Shown here one piece after another: positions 29,292 through 39,038 of a stretch of DNA of 64,000 nt (positions are counted from its first letter, which is position 1; each line of letters starts with the position of its first letter). A program made the translations under genes and the position numbers. This DNA is from Candidatus Multivoradales bacterium. Lineage in GTDB: Bacteria; Acidobacteriota; Thermoanaerobaculia; Multivoradales; J023. The DNA is taken from NCBI GenBank assembly GCA_965248925.1, contig CBDFLE010000005.1, forward strand, positions 1,632,001-1,696,000, given 5' to 3'. The notes below the pieces were generated by a model that was not told where the DNA came from, did not search any database, and was given only the letters and a program-made list of their open reading frames with translations.

Positions 29292-30359
29292 ATAGGGGCT
29301 GGGCAATCGATCAAGGTCGACTTGCCCAGCAAGCTTGGCGAAGAGTGGTTTCTGATCGACCCACTTGTACACGCTCCTTCTGGTATGGCCCAAGGCCCCG
29401 CGGAAGTAGTCGTCATGCGGCGGACGGACCTACGCCTCCTGGCTGGGGAGGCAAGGGAGGCTTCCCAGGCGAGTGGCCCCGACCGGGTCATCGGTGAGGC
29501 CCAACGTAGGGAAATTCTCGTCGACTTTGCAGCCAAGTATGGCTTGAGCGAAGAGGAGCTCATGACAGCTCTTGAGGCCTTCGGCAGCACGGATGATCCT
29601 ATGGACCGCGGGATCGCTGCCTACTTGGATGGCGAATATGGCAAGGCCGAGGCCTCGCTACTCGAAGCTGTTGAAACACAGGAGAGCGATTTCTTGGAGT
29701 CGCTCCGCTATCTGGGAGCCACGGAATATGCCGTAGGGGATTACGGCGCTGCGGCTGGAACGTTTCGCAAAGCCGTGGGTTTGCGCGGAGATGATCTTGC
29801 TCTGCTGAGCTGGTTCACCTCGTCTCTTCAAAATGCCGCGAGGTGGAGCGAGTGTGAGGAGGCCTCGAGGCGCTACCTTGATTTGGCCATAGACCAGTAC
29901 GACGAAGAAGACCCTCACGCTGCCAGCGCAATGACCGCCCTGGCTCAGCTGCTTAAGGCGACGAACCGTCTGGGTGAGGCGGAGCCGCTGATGCGCAGGG
30001 CCGCGAAGATCCTCTTCGAGAGCCTCGGGGAATCCCACCCCAATAGTCAGATCGTGTCTGCGAATTTGAAGCGCTTGCTGGCGGAAATGAAGAAGGCAGG
30101 GCTGTCCACGCCGATGGACTGAGCCGTCTCGAAGCGTCGCGGGCGCGCACACAAAGTGGCAGAAGCCGCGGGAGACGCGGTCCGGCGAACACCGAGTCCC
30201 CGAGCCTCCCCTTAACCTTGCTAACGAGGGTAACCCCGAGCTACCTCTGAGGAAGAATACTGTTCAGAGTCGCCGAAGGGGGAGCGCTTATCGTCGCAGG
30301 CCCGTCGCTAGAGGTCTTCCCAAAAACGACGCTTTCTGTCCATTTACTACGGGTACCCC

Positions 30360-30395
30360 TAGAGTGAATTTCTGTAGCTTCGGGCCTGATACCCC
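30360..30395 (-). repeat. Residual terminal IR of the older (outer) Tn3-family element
   Basis: Reverse complement reads GGGGTATCAGGCCCGAAGCTACAGAAATTCAC, with a Tn3-type GGGG tip and a core shared with 22105-22118. It directly abuts the inner transposon IR. Confidence 0.6.
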
Positions 30396-30750
30396 AGCTT
30401 CTACGGGCCGCCGGCCGCGCGGCCGAGGCACTGACCGCCTGGCTCCGGATCGCCGGCATCTCGGCCGGGGCAGTGTTTCGCGCCATCGATCGCCATGGCC
30501 ATCTCGCCAGCAGCGCCATGGTGCCGCGCTCCCTGGCCGAGATCGTCAAGTATCGGGCTCTGCGCGCTGGGCTTGATCCGGCTGACTACAGCGGGCATTC
30601 GTTGAGGTCGGGGTTTGTTACTACCGCCGGTCGGGCGGGGGGCAGCTTGCAAGAGGTGATGCAGCTGTCCGGGCACCGCCCGCCGTGGCCATGCGCTACC
30701 ACCAGGCTGGCGACGTCCTGCGGTCCAGGGCCGCGAGGCTCACCGGGTAG
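30396..30750 (+). pseudogene. Tyrosine recombinase C-terminal remnant, frameshifted
   Basis: GAVFRAIDRHG..YSGHSLRSGF..VMQLSGHR, then a frame change to AMRY (catalytic Tyr) and TAG at 30748-30750. The 5' part is missing. Confidence 0.75.
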
Positions 30751-30809
30751 GCCGCGCTGTGATGCAGCTTTTCGGTCCGAGAATTGCCGAAGCTGGGAGC
30801 CCCATGTCG

Positions 30810-31415
30810 TTAGTCCAGCTTGGTCATCACCTCGATCGGGATCCGATCATGGCCTTGACTAGACTCGTCATAACGCAACTCCATTACCCAGGTGCCAAGG
30901 CCGGGCCTCTCGATCCGAAACTCGTGAATGCCGAGGGGTATGTCCCTCGCGAAGTCACCGTATCCATCAAGTCGGCCCACAAGTACCCCATTCAGCCACA
31001 CGGCTGCGCCGCCGTATTCCCTAGAACTCACGAGCCACATTTCTACCAAATAGCGTTTCTCGCAAAGGTCGTACTTCAGGCGTGAGGACTTTTTGGTAAA
31101 TCCACTCGTCCAAGATATCTGGTATGCCTGTAACAGGTTACTGTTCATTTCCAAGGTGACCATGGTGTCGCCCTTTTGAGCGACCAGTTCATGAGGATAG
31201 CTGTAGGGCCGGTGAAGAAGCATCTTAGGAAACTGCGGTATATGTGCCTCAACATCCGCCTCTGTCATCTGGCAACGCAAGCCGCTGACGAACGCATTCG
31301 ATCTACCCCATGGCTTCACAGAACCAACGAAGGGCGGCGACAAGCAAGCCAGCGAAAGAAGCGCAACAAGAGATGCAAGAAGGTTGCTTGAGACTGCGGC
31401 TAACCTTGGCATCAT
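30810..31415 (-). CDS. Putative RHS immunity protein, exported, with a PEGA-like C-terminal domain
   Basis: ATGA overlap with the RHS stop, hydrophobic N-terminus (LLASLVALLSLAC), AAVWLNGVLVG..IPLGIHEFRIERPG, and visibly lower GC shared with the toxin tip. The immunity role is inferred from position. Confidence 0.55.
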   Translation of the reverse strand: MMPRLAAVSSNLLASLVALLSLACLSPPFVGSVKPWGRSNAFVSGLRCQMTEADVEAHIPQFPKMLLHRPYSYPHELVAQKGDTMVTLEMNSNLLQAYQISWTSGFTKKSSRLKYDLCEKRYLVEMWLVSSREYGGAAVWLNGVLVGRLDGYGDFARDIPLGIHEFRIERPGLGTWVMELRYDESSQGHDRIPIEVMTKLD

Positions 31416-34400
31416 CGCACTCCTGGACACTTGGCTTTCCTGTTCTTGGATGGCCGACCCTTATTGCCCCACCCAGGCGTTTGCCCTGACCCTACTACGT
31501 CAGGAGGCGTAAGGCCGCAGGTCTTGGCGATGGTGCTGGCGAAGGAGTTGCTGTTGGGTCCTCGAAGGAGCCGATAGCCGGATGGGTTTGGATAGTTCAG
31601 AAACTGTTGACCGACACACGGGTCTGTCATGCAGTCCTCGTCACCACTCCAGGGACCGCATTCTGTTCTGGTATCTTTGACACCATCGGTGTCGAACCGG
31701 TCATTCTTGAATTTGCATCCCACACCCTTAACTTTCTGCAATCCATAGGTCGTGCTTTCGGATTTTCCCGAAGGCCCTCCAGAGTTTTGCTCTGTCTGAA
31801 TAAAGCAATGCTTGAAGGCTGCTAATGACTGGCCTCGCGTAATGGGCGTACAACAGACCCTTGACTTCTCGCCAGTCGGATCGACAAACAAGAGAGGATT
31901 CGCTGTGGCGTAGAGGTAAGGGTGGAAGTCACCCTGGGCACCAAGCGGGTCGGGGCGGCTATAGCTGCCTGTGCCGGATCGATACCACCGGAGAACATTG
32001 AAGAAGAAAGGGCTACCCACGTCCCAAGTAGCATCGTCCCACTGCCCCGGCAAACGCAGGAAAACGCCTGCGTCTCCGGCATTTGCGAAGTCACGGCCGA
32101 AGGGTTCGAATCCGCCGCTCCAGTTCGAGCCGCCAACACTGCTGGAAGCTAGCACCGGTGTCCCGAGGCGGTCTGCCGTAAGGTGGGTTACGCCAGTTGC
32201 GGCGGTCTGGGCTACAGGCTGTCCTCCGAAGTAGAGCACTGCATTGGCCTCGGTGGCACCGGCTCGCCGTTGCAGCACACCGTCGGAACTGTAGGCCGCT
32301 TCGGTTACGGCCTCAGCTGTGCAGCTACTCGCTCCCGGATCGCCCCAAGCGCTGATGTCGCCGCTTTCAAAGCCATCGCAGAAAAGAGCGTTGCCCGAAG
32401 TGTCGGGCTCGCGGCCGACTGCTTGGCGTAGGTAGCTGCGACCGTCATAGAACATCGTAGAGGTGGCCTGTGCTGAAGGGTGGTCGATGGCCGATAGGCG
32501 CCCAGCATCATCGAACGTGTAAGCCACCGGGTCGCCGTTCTCGTCGACGCCGATTTGGTTGCCGGCTGCGTCGAAGGTGTAGACGCGACTGCCACCTGCA
32601 CCGAGGGCAATCTGGTCGAGTTTCGCGGTATTGCCGCTCGCGGCAGCGTTGGCGAGGTACTGGTAGATGTCGGTGCCGCCGTCCCGCGTCTCGCTGAGAC
32701 GGTTGCCGGTTTTGTCGTACGCCCACGCTAGGTTGCCCCACGGGCCGTCGCCCTGAGTGAGGAAGTACTGGTATTCCTGGTAGGCGTAGGTGCGGTTGTT
32801 CAGCGGGTCGAGCAGATCGCCGATGGCGGTGATGTTGCCGACCCCGTCGGTGGTGTAGTCCCAGTCGAGCAAGGTGCCGCCAGGGCCAACCGCTGTAATG
32901 CTGGCGGGCTGATAGCGGCTGTCGTGCTGGCGGCTTTCGGTGACACCATTGCCGCGCGTCAGCTGGCGCAGTGGGCCGATGGGTTGGTAGAGGGCTCCCG
33001 TGACGATCGATTGGATGCCCTGGCCTGGCACCTCGGCATCGAGGGTCTGGTGACGGTCAGCGTGATCGAATCCGTAGAACGCTCTCACCCCACCAGGGTA
33101 CAGGATCTCGCTCTTGTTGCCGTTAGTGTCGAAGCTGTAGGCCAGCTCGCCGTCCTGCGTCATCCGCCCGAATCGATCGTATTGGAAGTCGATCGGCTGG
33201 CCATCACGTTCGATCTGAGTGAGTCGGCCGAGACTGAAGGGCACCAGCGCGTCATCGTAGGTGTAGGTCACGTCGAGGGTGTCGTCGGGGTAGTCGACCA
33301 GTGTGACCCGATCTAGCTCATCGAGGGTGCGCAGGGTGGAGATGCTGCGTGCATCGGTCGTCTCTGTGCGCTCGCCGTGCTCGTTGTACAGATGGTTGGT
33401 CACGCCAGAGACCTCGGAGGTCTCGCGGGTCAGCAAATTTCGATCGCTGTGGACGTAGCTGGTGACCGTGCCCTCTGGGTCAGTGACCGTGTTCAGATGA
33501 TCCTGAACGTCAAAGCCGTAGGTCGTCACGGCTTGGCCACCGGCCGCGCCGCCGAATGGCTGGCTGACCGTGGTCAATCGGTCGAGTGGGTCATAGCCGT
33601 AGACCGAGCTGGCTGGCGCGGTCTGGCCCGCCGATGGATGGTTCGCGTCCCACAAGCGTTCGAGGTCGCCATCGCAGTTGTAGGCATACTCGGTGATCGC
33701 CTGCTCAGGACTGCCTACGCCTTCGATCATCTGGTCGAGATGGCAACGGGTCGAGTACAGGTAATCGGTAGTCGACGCACTCGTCCAGCTCGCGCCGTCC
33801 CAACTTTGCAGTTCTTCGCGGACCCGGTGACCGAAGCCATCGAGGGTGTAGAAGGTGCGCTCGATGTGGCTGCCGAGCAGGTCATCGGGCTTACGCTCGA
33901 TCGAGACAAGTCGGCCTGCGGAATCATAGGAATATTCGATCACGTTGCCGCGCGGCAAGACGGTTTGGAAGAGGTCGCCAAAGACCGTGTAGCGCTGCTC
34001 GGTGATCAAATCCTCGGCCGGTACCGCGCCTTTCTGGATGCTGAACAGAACGCGATTGAGCGAGTCGTACTGCGTTTCGCTGGTTACCCCGTTGGGGTCG
34101 GTGACGGAGGTTCGGCGGTTGAATGGGTCGTAACCGAACAGAGTGCTGCCGATCAGCGGATCGGTACGGCTGGCCAGCACCAGGCCGCCACGGGCAGCGT
34201 CCCAGGCGCTGGTGGTGACATCGGCGGTGCCGTAGCCGGGTGGGTCGCGGTCTTCGGGTTGGCCCTCGGCGGTGTAGGTGGTCGTGGTGGTGTAGCTGAA
34301 GACCTGGCCGTCTTCTACCCCTTCGTCAATGCGGTCGCTGGCGTTGCCTTGGCCACTGAGGGTGAAGGTGGTACGGCGGAAATCTAGAGGGTTGCCGGTG

Positions 34401-36166
34401 GTCGAGGGACGCTCGATCTCGGTGATCAGGGCCGGGTAGGTGAGGTCGCGCTGCCAAGTGGTCTCGCGCTCCTCCGCCGTGCCCAGCGCTTCGACACGGG
34501 AGATTGCTTGGCCGTTGGCGTCGTAGGTGGTGAGCGTCGTGGTGCCGCCACCGTCGATCTGGCGAGTGGGGCGCAGGGGGTGCGCCGGATCTTCATAGAA
34601 CAGCCGGCTGTTCGGGCCAGTGCCACAGCTCGGGCAAGAGCCTTCGAGCTGCTCTAGGCGAGGCTTGCGGCTCTCGGAGTCACGGCCCAAAGTGTAGGTG
34701 GAGATCTCGCCCATTGGATCGGTGACCGTGGTCACCATCGGCAGCTGGGGATCGTCGAAGCTCATCGACCAGCGATCGACGGCGCCGGCATCGTTGAAGT
34801 TGGCCGCGCCTTTCCACATTTGCACTACATTGCCGAAAGGGTCATAGGCCCAGGAGCCCGCGATCCGCGCGCTGCTATCGGTGCCCTCCAGACTCATTCG
34901 GGTCATGTAGCCCGGCAGAGTTGGGTCATCGTAGAGGAAGGTCCAGGCGGTGCCGTCGGGTCGATCGATGCGGGTGAGGTCTTGGCCAGTGTAGGTGTAA
35001 CCCCAAGTTCGACTGGTGGTGCTGTCGATGCCGACTTCTGTAATCGAGTCCAGCTTGCCGCCTGCCGAGTAGGTGAAGGTCTCCGAGCGGCCATCGGGGA
35101 AGCTGACGGCGGTCAGCCGGCCAGTGCCGTCGCGGGTGGCGGTCTTGGCGTTGCCGTTGCGGTCGGTGGTCGAGGACCATAGGCCGGTGTCGTCGAATTG
35201 CATCAGGGTGCCGTCTAGATCGAGCAGGGTCCAGCCGGTCGGGGTCTTGGTCAGGGTGCGGTACTCATCGCTGGGAATCGTGCGGTCGTAGTCCCCATCC
35301 ATGTCCAAGTCCGTAAAGCGACGGAAAGTAGCGTAGCGAGTGAGCAGCCAGACGTTGCTGTCGTCGGGGTCGCGAGCGATTCTCTCGGCGTAATCGTGGC
35401 TCCAATAGCGCCCCAACTCGGCGGTGATGCCGGCTGAGCCGGGGTAGGTCGGATGGCCAACGCCTCCCGCGTGGTAGCGCAGTAGGGCGCCGGGGCCGCT
35501 CTGCGGCGGCGAGGCGCCTCCGCCTCCACCACCGGCGCTACCGCCTATTCCGCTGCCACCACCGACGCAAGAGGAGCATTCTTCATCTTCCGGGCAGCCG
35601 CTAGGCGGGGGCGGGGGTGGACAGAGGGGCGACAGGCTGAAGTCGACTACTTGGGTGGTTTCTTTCGGGCAATGGGGACAGAGGCCGAAGGCACAGGGAC
35701 AGGCGGTGGCGGTGATCGTGTAGCTGGCCATCAGGTCGCTGCAAGAGCTGGTGATGCCCCAGCTCAAGGTACCGTGATCTTCCTCGATCACCGCGCCCGA
35801 GAGACCGCAGGTGCCCAGGGTACCGCCGCCGCTGGGGGTCACCGTGACGGTGGCGAAGCTGTACAGGAAGCCCGAGGCGCTGGGATCGTTCTGGTGGTTT
35901 CCGGCGAAGTCGATCGGCACTTCGATGGTGATGGCACAGGATTCGATAGCCGGGTCGCAGCCAGCCTCGGGGGTGAAGGTGGCGCCGGAGATGACCGGCG
36001 TGTAGCAGCGGGAGCCGGTGGAGCAGTTCGAGGGTTGGTCAGCGAAGAGTCCTTGTTCGAGGTAAGTGAGGACGCCGCTGCAGGCGGTGCCGGCTTGCAG
36101 TGCTGCTGGCAGACCGAGAAGGCTGAGGAGACTGATGACGAGGAAGAGGCTTACGGATCGGATCAC
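31412..36166 (-). CDS. Secreted RHS/YD-repeat polymorphic toxin (~1584 aa) with a ~152-aa C-terminal domain
   Basis: Signal peptide ending PAALQA, Cys-rich N-terminal region, many YD repeats, core end LRLPGQW..RWY....GSYSRPDPLG..YLYATANPLLFVDPTG. GTG 36166 follows GAAGGAG (track start 36208). Confidence 0.92.
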   Translation of the reverse strand: MIRSVSLFLVISLLSLLGLPAALQAGTACSGVLTYLEQGLFADQPSNCSTGSRCYTPVISGATFTPEAGCDPAIESCAITIEVPIDFAGNHQNDPSASGFLYSFATVTVTPSGGGTLGTCGLSGAVIEEDHGTLSWGITSSCSDLMASYTITATACPCAFGLCPHCPKETTQVVDFSLSPLCPPPPPPSGCPEDEECSSCVGGGSGIGGSAGGGGGGASPPQSGPGALLRYHAGGVGHPTYPGSAGITAELGRYWSHDYAERIARDPDDSNVWLLTRYATFRRFTDLDMDGDYDRTIPSDEYRTLTKTPTGWTLLDLDGTLMQFDDTGLWSSTTDRNGNAKTATRDGTGRLTAVSFPDGRSETFTYSAGGKLDSITEVGIDSTTSRTWGYTYTGQDLTRIDRPDGTAWTFLYDDPTLPGYMTRMSLEGTDSSARIAGSWAYDPFGNVVQMWKGAANFNDAGAVDRWSMSFDDPQLPMVTTVTDPMGEISTYTLGRDSESRKPRLEQLEGSCPSCGTGPNSRLFYEDPAHPLRPTRQIDGGGTTTLTTYDANGQAISRVEALGTAEERETTWQRDLTYPALITEIERPSTTGNPLDFRRTTFTLSGQGNASDRIDEGVEDGQVFSYTTTTTYTAEGQPEDRDPPGYGTADVTTSAWDAARGGLVLASRTDPLIGSTLFGYDPFNRRTSVTDPNGVTSETQYDSLNRVLFSIQKGAVPAEDLITEQRYTVFGDLFQTVLPRGNVIEYSYDSAGRLVSIERKPDDLLGSHIERTFYTLDGFGHRVREELQSWDGASWTSASTTDYLYSTRCHLDQMIEGVGSPEQAITEYAYNCDGDLERLWDANHPSAGQTAPASSVYGYDPLDRLTTVSQPFGGAAGGQAVTTYGFDVQDHLNTVTDPEGTVTSYVHSDRNLLTRETSEVSGVTNHLYNEHGERTETTDARSISTLRTLDELDRVTLVDYPDDTLDVTYTYDDALVPFSLGRLTQIERDGQPIDFQYDRFGRMTQDGELAYSFDTNGNKSEILYPGGVRAFYGFDHADRHQTLDAEVPGQGIQSIVTGALYQPIGPLRQLTRGNGVTESRQHDSRYQPASITAVGPGGTLLDWDYTTDGVGNITAIGDLLDPLNNRTYAYQEYQYFLTQGDGPWGNLAWAYDKTGNRLSETRDGGTDIYQYLANAAASGNTAKLDQIALGAGGSRVYTFDAAGNQIGVDENGDPVAYTFDDAGRLSAIDHPSAQATSTMFYDGRSYLRQAVGREPDTSGNALFCDGFESGDISAWGDPGASSCTAEAVTEAAYSSDGVLQRRAGATEANAVLYFGGQPVAQTAATGVTHLTADRLGTPVLASSSVGGSNWSGGFEPFGRDFANAGDAGVFLRLPGQWDDATWDVGSPFFFNVLRWYRSGTGSYSRPDPLGAQGDFHPYLYATANPLLFVDPTGEKSRVCCTPITRGQSLAAFKHCFIQTEQNSGGPSGKSESTTYGLQKVKGVGCKFKNDRFDTDGVKDTRTECGPWSGDEDCMTDPCVGQQFLNYPNPSGYRLLRGPNSNSFASTIAKTCGLTPPDVVGSGQTPGWGNKGRPSKNRKAKCPGVR

Positions 36167-36936
36167 AATAATTCTCCTTCTTAAGACAGGTAACTCAACT
36201 AGAGACAAAGGGATGTCTAGGAACTAGCCAACACGACGGCCAACGCCGAACCCTCGAACTCAAGCTAGCAACAGGAATCCACTTTCTGCCGATTTGGCTG
36301 TGAATGAGGCTATATTTCTCCGAGGTTCCAACTCTCGTAGAGGATTCTATCCCTGCCAAAGTCATATCAAGAATCGTACAATGGGCTCTGTGTCGAGCTT
36401 CAGCAGCCAGCGAACGACAGATATTTCAGTAGTCCTTTGCCCCGCTGGTCTCTACAGTCCCAGCCGGTGGTTCACCACCCCCTCGAACCCCGCCACCACT
36501 TCGATATAGCGATCGACGGACCGAGGATCGGCGCACCGCCCACCCTCCTGAATCTCACGCCGACGCCCGCAAGCGCAGCCGACGCCCGCATCCCCGGCCC
36601 GGAGGCCGCGGAATCCCCGAAAGATCGCTCCTTCGCTGATCCCTTGCCGCGTCCAGCCACGATTCGAGCGCTTTGACACCGCAGAATCGCGAGTCCAACT
36701 TCCGCAGTAAGCGCACCACTTCCGACTGCCGATCTTGCTCCGCGAATCTTGGGCCAGTTGGCCTGATAGGATCGATGGATCAGTATCGAAATACGCCAGT
36801 CTGTAGTGAATGGTATTTTTGCCGTGCATCACGGTGTGAGTTCAACAAACCCATGGAATCGGACTTAGATCAGCAGATTCCAGGTATTCCTTGCCGTGAG
36901 CGCATTCCTCTACTAGCGCCTTCGGGGTCTGCACTT

Positions 36937-37263
36937 ATGAGTTTCCTTCCTCTTCTTCGGTTTCGAGCATCACGTTTGGGTCTCCTATTCTGGCTCGCGG
37001 CTCCACTGGTGCTCCCACCTCCACTGGTCGCTGAAGACAGCGTGCTCATGGTGCAAGTCTCCCATCGGGATGGGTACCCGCTCCGGGGAGTGGGGATCGG
37101 CACTAAAGGGTCAGGGTCCATGGAAACCACTGACGGCGACGGCAAGGCTTGGATACAACTTGTCGAGGGTGTTCATCCCGGCGACCGAGTGACGCTGCTT
37201 GTGCGTTCGAAGGCACAAGATCCTTGGTTCTTCGTTCGTCCTCCAGAGGGTCGCACAAGGGTT
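36937..37263 (+). pseudogene. 5' fragment of an exported protein, truncated by IS3
   Basis: Signal-like LGLLFWLAAPLVLPPPLVA and a beta domain VQVSHRDGYPLRGV..TTDGDGKA. The coding pattern ends at the IS3 terminus and no continuation was recognised after 38903. Confidence 0.6.
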
Positions 37264-37303
37264 CGGAATGTGTCAATGAAAGTGAGACACTTTCTTCTGG
37301 GAA

Positions 37304-38474
37304 TTAGTACGGAATCGGTAGTGGCTCCGGCACCATCGCTTTCAGCGAGGGCGCGCAGCCAGGGGTCTCGCCTGGTGCGTCGTTGTGTACGCGGTGTGTC
37401 ACTACGTTCTCGGTATCGACTGGGTCAGTGCTGGCGGCGGTGGTCGGCGGGTTGATCCAGACCTTGTCACTGGGCTCCGGCAAAGCCGGCGCTCGCCGCT
37501 TGAAGCGGCTTGGATGAGCGGCTGAGGCGGCGGCGAGGACTTCTCGACGTTGCTCCAGTACTGAGGCCGTGAGGCCGTAGTGGACGGTCTCTGGCGTCAA
37601 CAAGCCGAGTCCTGTGTGGTAGTGCTGCGTGTTGTACCAGCCGATGGACGAGCGGCAGAATGCTCGTGCATCTTCCAGTGATCCGAAGCGGTCGGGAAAG
37701 CTCGGATGGTACTTGAGCGTCTTGAACTGAGCCTCAGAGAACGGATTGTCGTTGCTCGTGTAGGGCCGGTTCAGCGACCGTGTCATCCCGAGATCGGCCA
37801 GCAGTAGAGCCACTGGCTTGGATGTCATGCTCGAACCGCGGTCCGAGTCCAAGGTAAGTCGATCTCGCTCAACACCTTGCTTCTCAACACTGTCGGCGAT
37901 CAACCGCTTCGCGAGTCCTCCGGACTCGCGGGAGGCGAGCATCCAGCCGACGATGTAGCGGCTGAAGACGTCCAGAATTACGTAAAGGTAGTAGTAGGTC
38001 CACTTCACCGGGCCCTTGAGCTTGGTGATGTCCCACGACCACACCTCGTTCGGCCCTGTGGCCAGCAGTTCGGGCTTGGTGTAGTTGGGATGACGCCGCT
38101 GACGGCGTCGCTCGCGCAGCTCGCCCTCAGACTCCAGGACCCGGTACATGGTGCGCACCGAGCAGATATGGCGCTGGTCCTCGTCCAGCAGCGCCGCCCA
38201 GACTTGACGCGGCGAGCGGTCGACGAAGCGCTCCGAGTGCAACACATCGAGGACCTCCTGGCGTTCAGCGGGCGTCAATGCCAGCGGCGGTCGAGGCCGC
38301 GTCGATAGCTGCGGCCCTGCGCTCTGCTGCCGACGGCGGCGATAGAAAGTGGCTCTGGGGACCGCCAAGGCGACGCAGGCTGCTTGCACCCCCACCGTCT
38401 CGGCCAGCGGCGCCACAGCGCTCATGACTGGCTCTCGCTCGGCTCGATCCCTAGCAGCCGGGAAAGTTTTTTTG
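37304..38474 (-). CDS. IS3 OrfB integrase-core DDE transposase, probably expressed by frameshift
   Basis: WSWDITKL, VILDVFSRYIVGW, SDRGSSM, DNPFSEAQFKTLKY and WYNTQHYHTGL. Confidence 0.88.
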
Positions 38475-38834
38475 GACATCGATGATCGTCTCGGCTTTGT
38501 ACAGCTGATGCTTGAGCCGAGCATTCTCACGCTCAAGCTCCGCGACGCGGCGGGCCTCGGCAGAGACCGGTCGACGCTTGCGACCACGCTTCTTCGACAA
38601 ACCGGCCAGAGCACTGGCATCGCGTTGCTGGCGCCACTTCGATAGGAGTGAGGAATACAGACCCTCCCGGCGAAGCAGGGCGCCAATCTCGCCGGCTTTG
38701 CTACAGGCGTCGGCGGCCTGGACGATGCTCAGCTTGTACGACGCGCTGTACCGCCGCCGCTTCGCCTTCTCAGTTACCTCGGGATCTGGTCGGTCAGCAC
38801 TCATATCTCGCAGCTCGTGGCTTGGACTCGCCAT
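38451..38834 (-). CDS. IS3 OrfA (HTH plus coiled coil)
   Basis: RRRYSASYKLSIV..IGALLRREGLYSSLLSKWR..LERENARLK. GGAGAG precedes ATG 38834. Confidence 0.85.
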   Translation of the reverse strand: MASPSHELRDMSADRPDPEVTEKAKRRRYSASYKLSIVQAADACSKAGEIGALLRREGLYSSLLSKWRQQRDASALAGLSKKRGRKRRPVSAEARRVAELERENARLKHQLYKAETIIDVQKNFPGC

Positions 38835-39038
38835 GGTGTTTGCTCTCCACGCCCTCACTAATTTATCGGTACGGGAGTGTCTCACCTACATTGGCACAGA
38901 GGGAAGCCGCGAGCGCCTGCCCCCGACATCACAAGCGACAAGCAGTCAAATTCGGGATCACCTGCCCACCGCACCCCCGGCGGGCCGACCAGTAAAGGTC
39001 CAGGCCCCCGCAGACGGGGCCTGAACCGTTTAACCTAC

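Larger units (their letters stand above)
27527..30122 (+). pseudogene. Exported or membrane TPR protein (~364 aa when restored) interrupted by an IS1182-like element
   Basis: Removing 27795-29295 rejoins ...TLQIPAI|GAGQSIKVDL... in frame. N-terminal hydrophobic stretch, then a beta domain, then TPRs (ALAQLLKATNRLGEAEPLMRRA..LGESHPN). Confidence 0.85.
22256..30359. mobile_element. Tn3-family transposon (~8.1 kb): tnpA, res, tnpR and cargo
   Basis: IRs GGGGTACCCGTAGTAAATAGACAAAAAGCGTCGTTTTCG (22256-22294) and, reverse-complemented, GGGGTACCCGTAGTAAATGGACAGAAAGCGTCGTTTTTG (30321-30359), 3 mismatches in 39 nt. Flanks GTCTT and TAGAG are not duplicated. Confidence 0.9.
37264..38903 (-). mobile_element. 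IS3-family element (orfA/orfB with -1 frameshift signal)
   Basis: Inverted termini TGTGTCAATGAAAGTGAGACAC (37269-37290) and, reverse-complemented, TGTGCCAATGTAGGTGAGACAC (38877-38898), 19/22. A7C slippery run (GTCCAAAAAAACTTTCC) in the overlap. Exact outer tips uncertain by a few nt; no target duplication seen. Confidence 0.85.

Noticed and set aside
30396-30750. Tyrosine recombinase as the resolvase (TnpS/TnpI-like) of the older Tn3 element
   Set aside because: It lies outside the IR ending at 30395 and is truncated there, so it is more simply a target of the insertion.
31412-36166. RHS protein as a type VI secretion effector
   Set aside because: It has a Sec-type signal peptide, no PAAR motif was seen, and no vgrG, hcp or eag genes are nearby.
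36209-36936. Short ORFs upstream of the RHS gene
   Set aside because: No motifs or convincing RBS; probably regulatory or decayed DNA. I could not assign a promoter.
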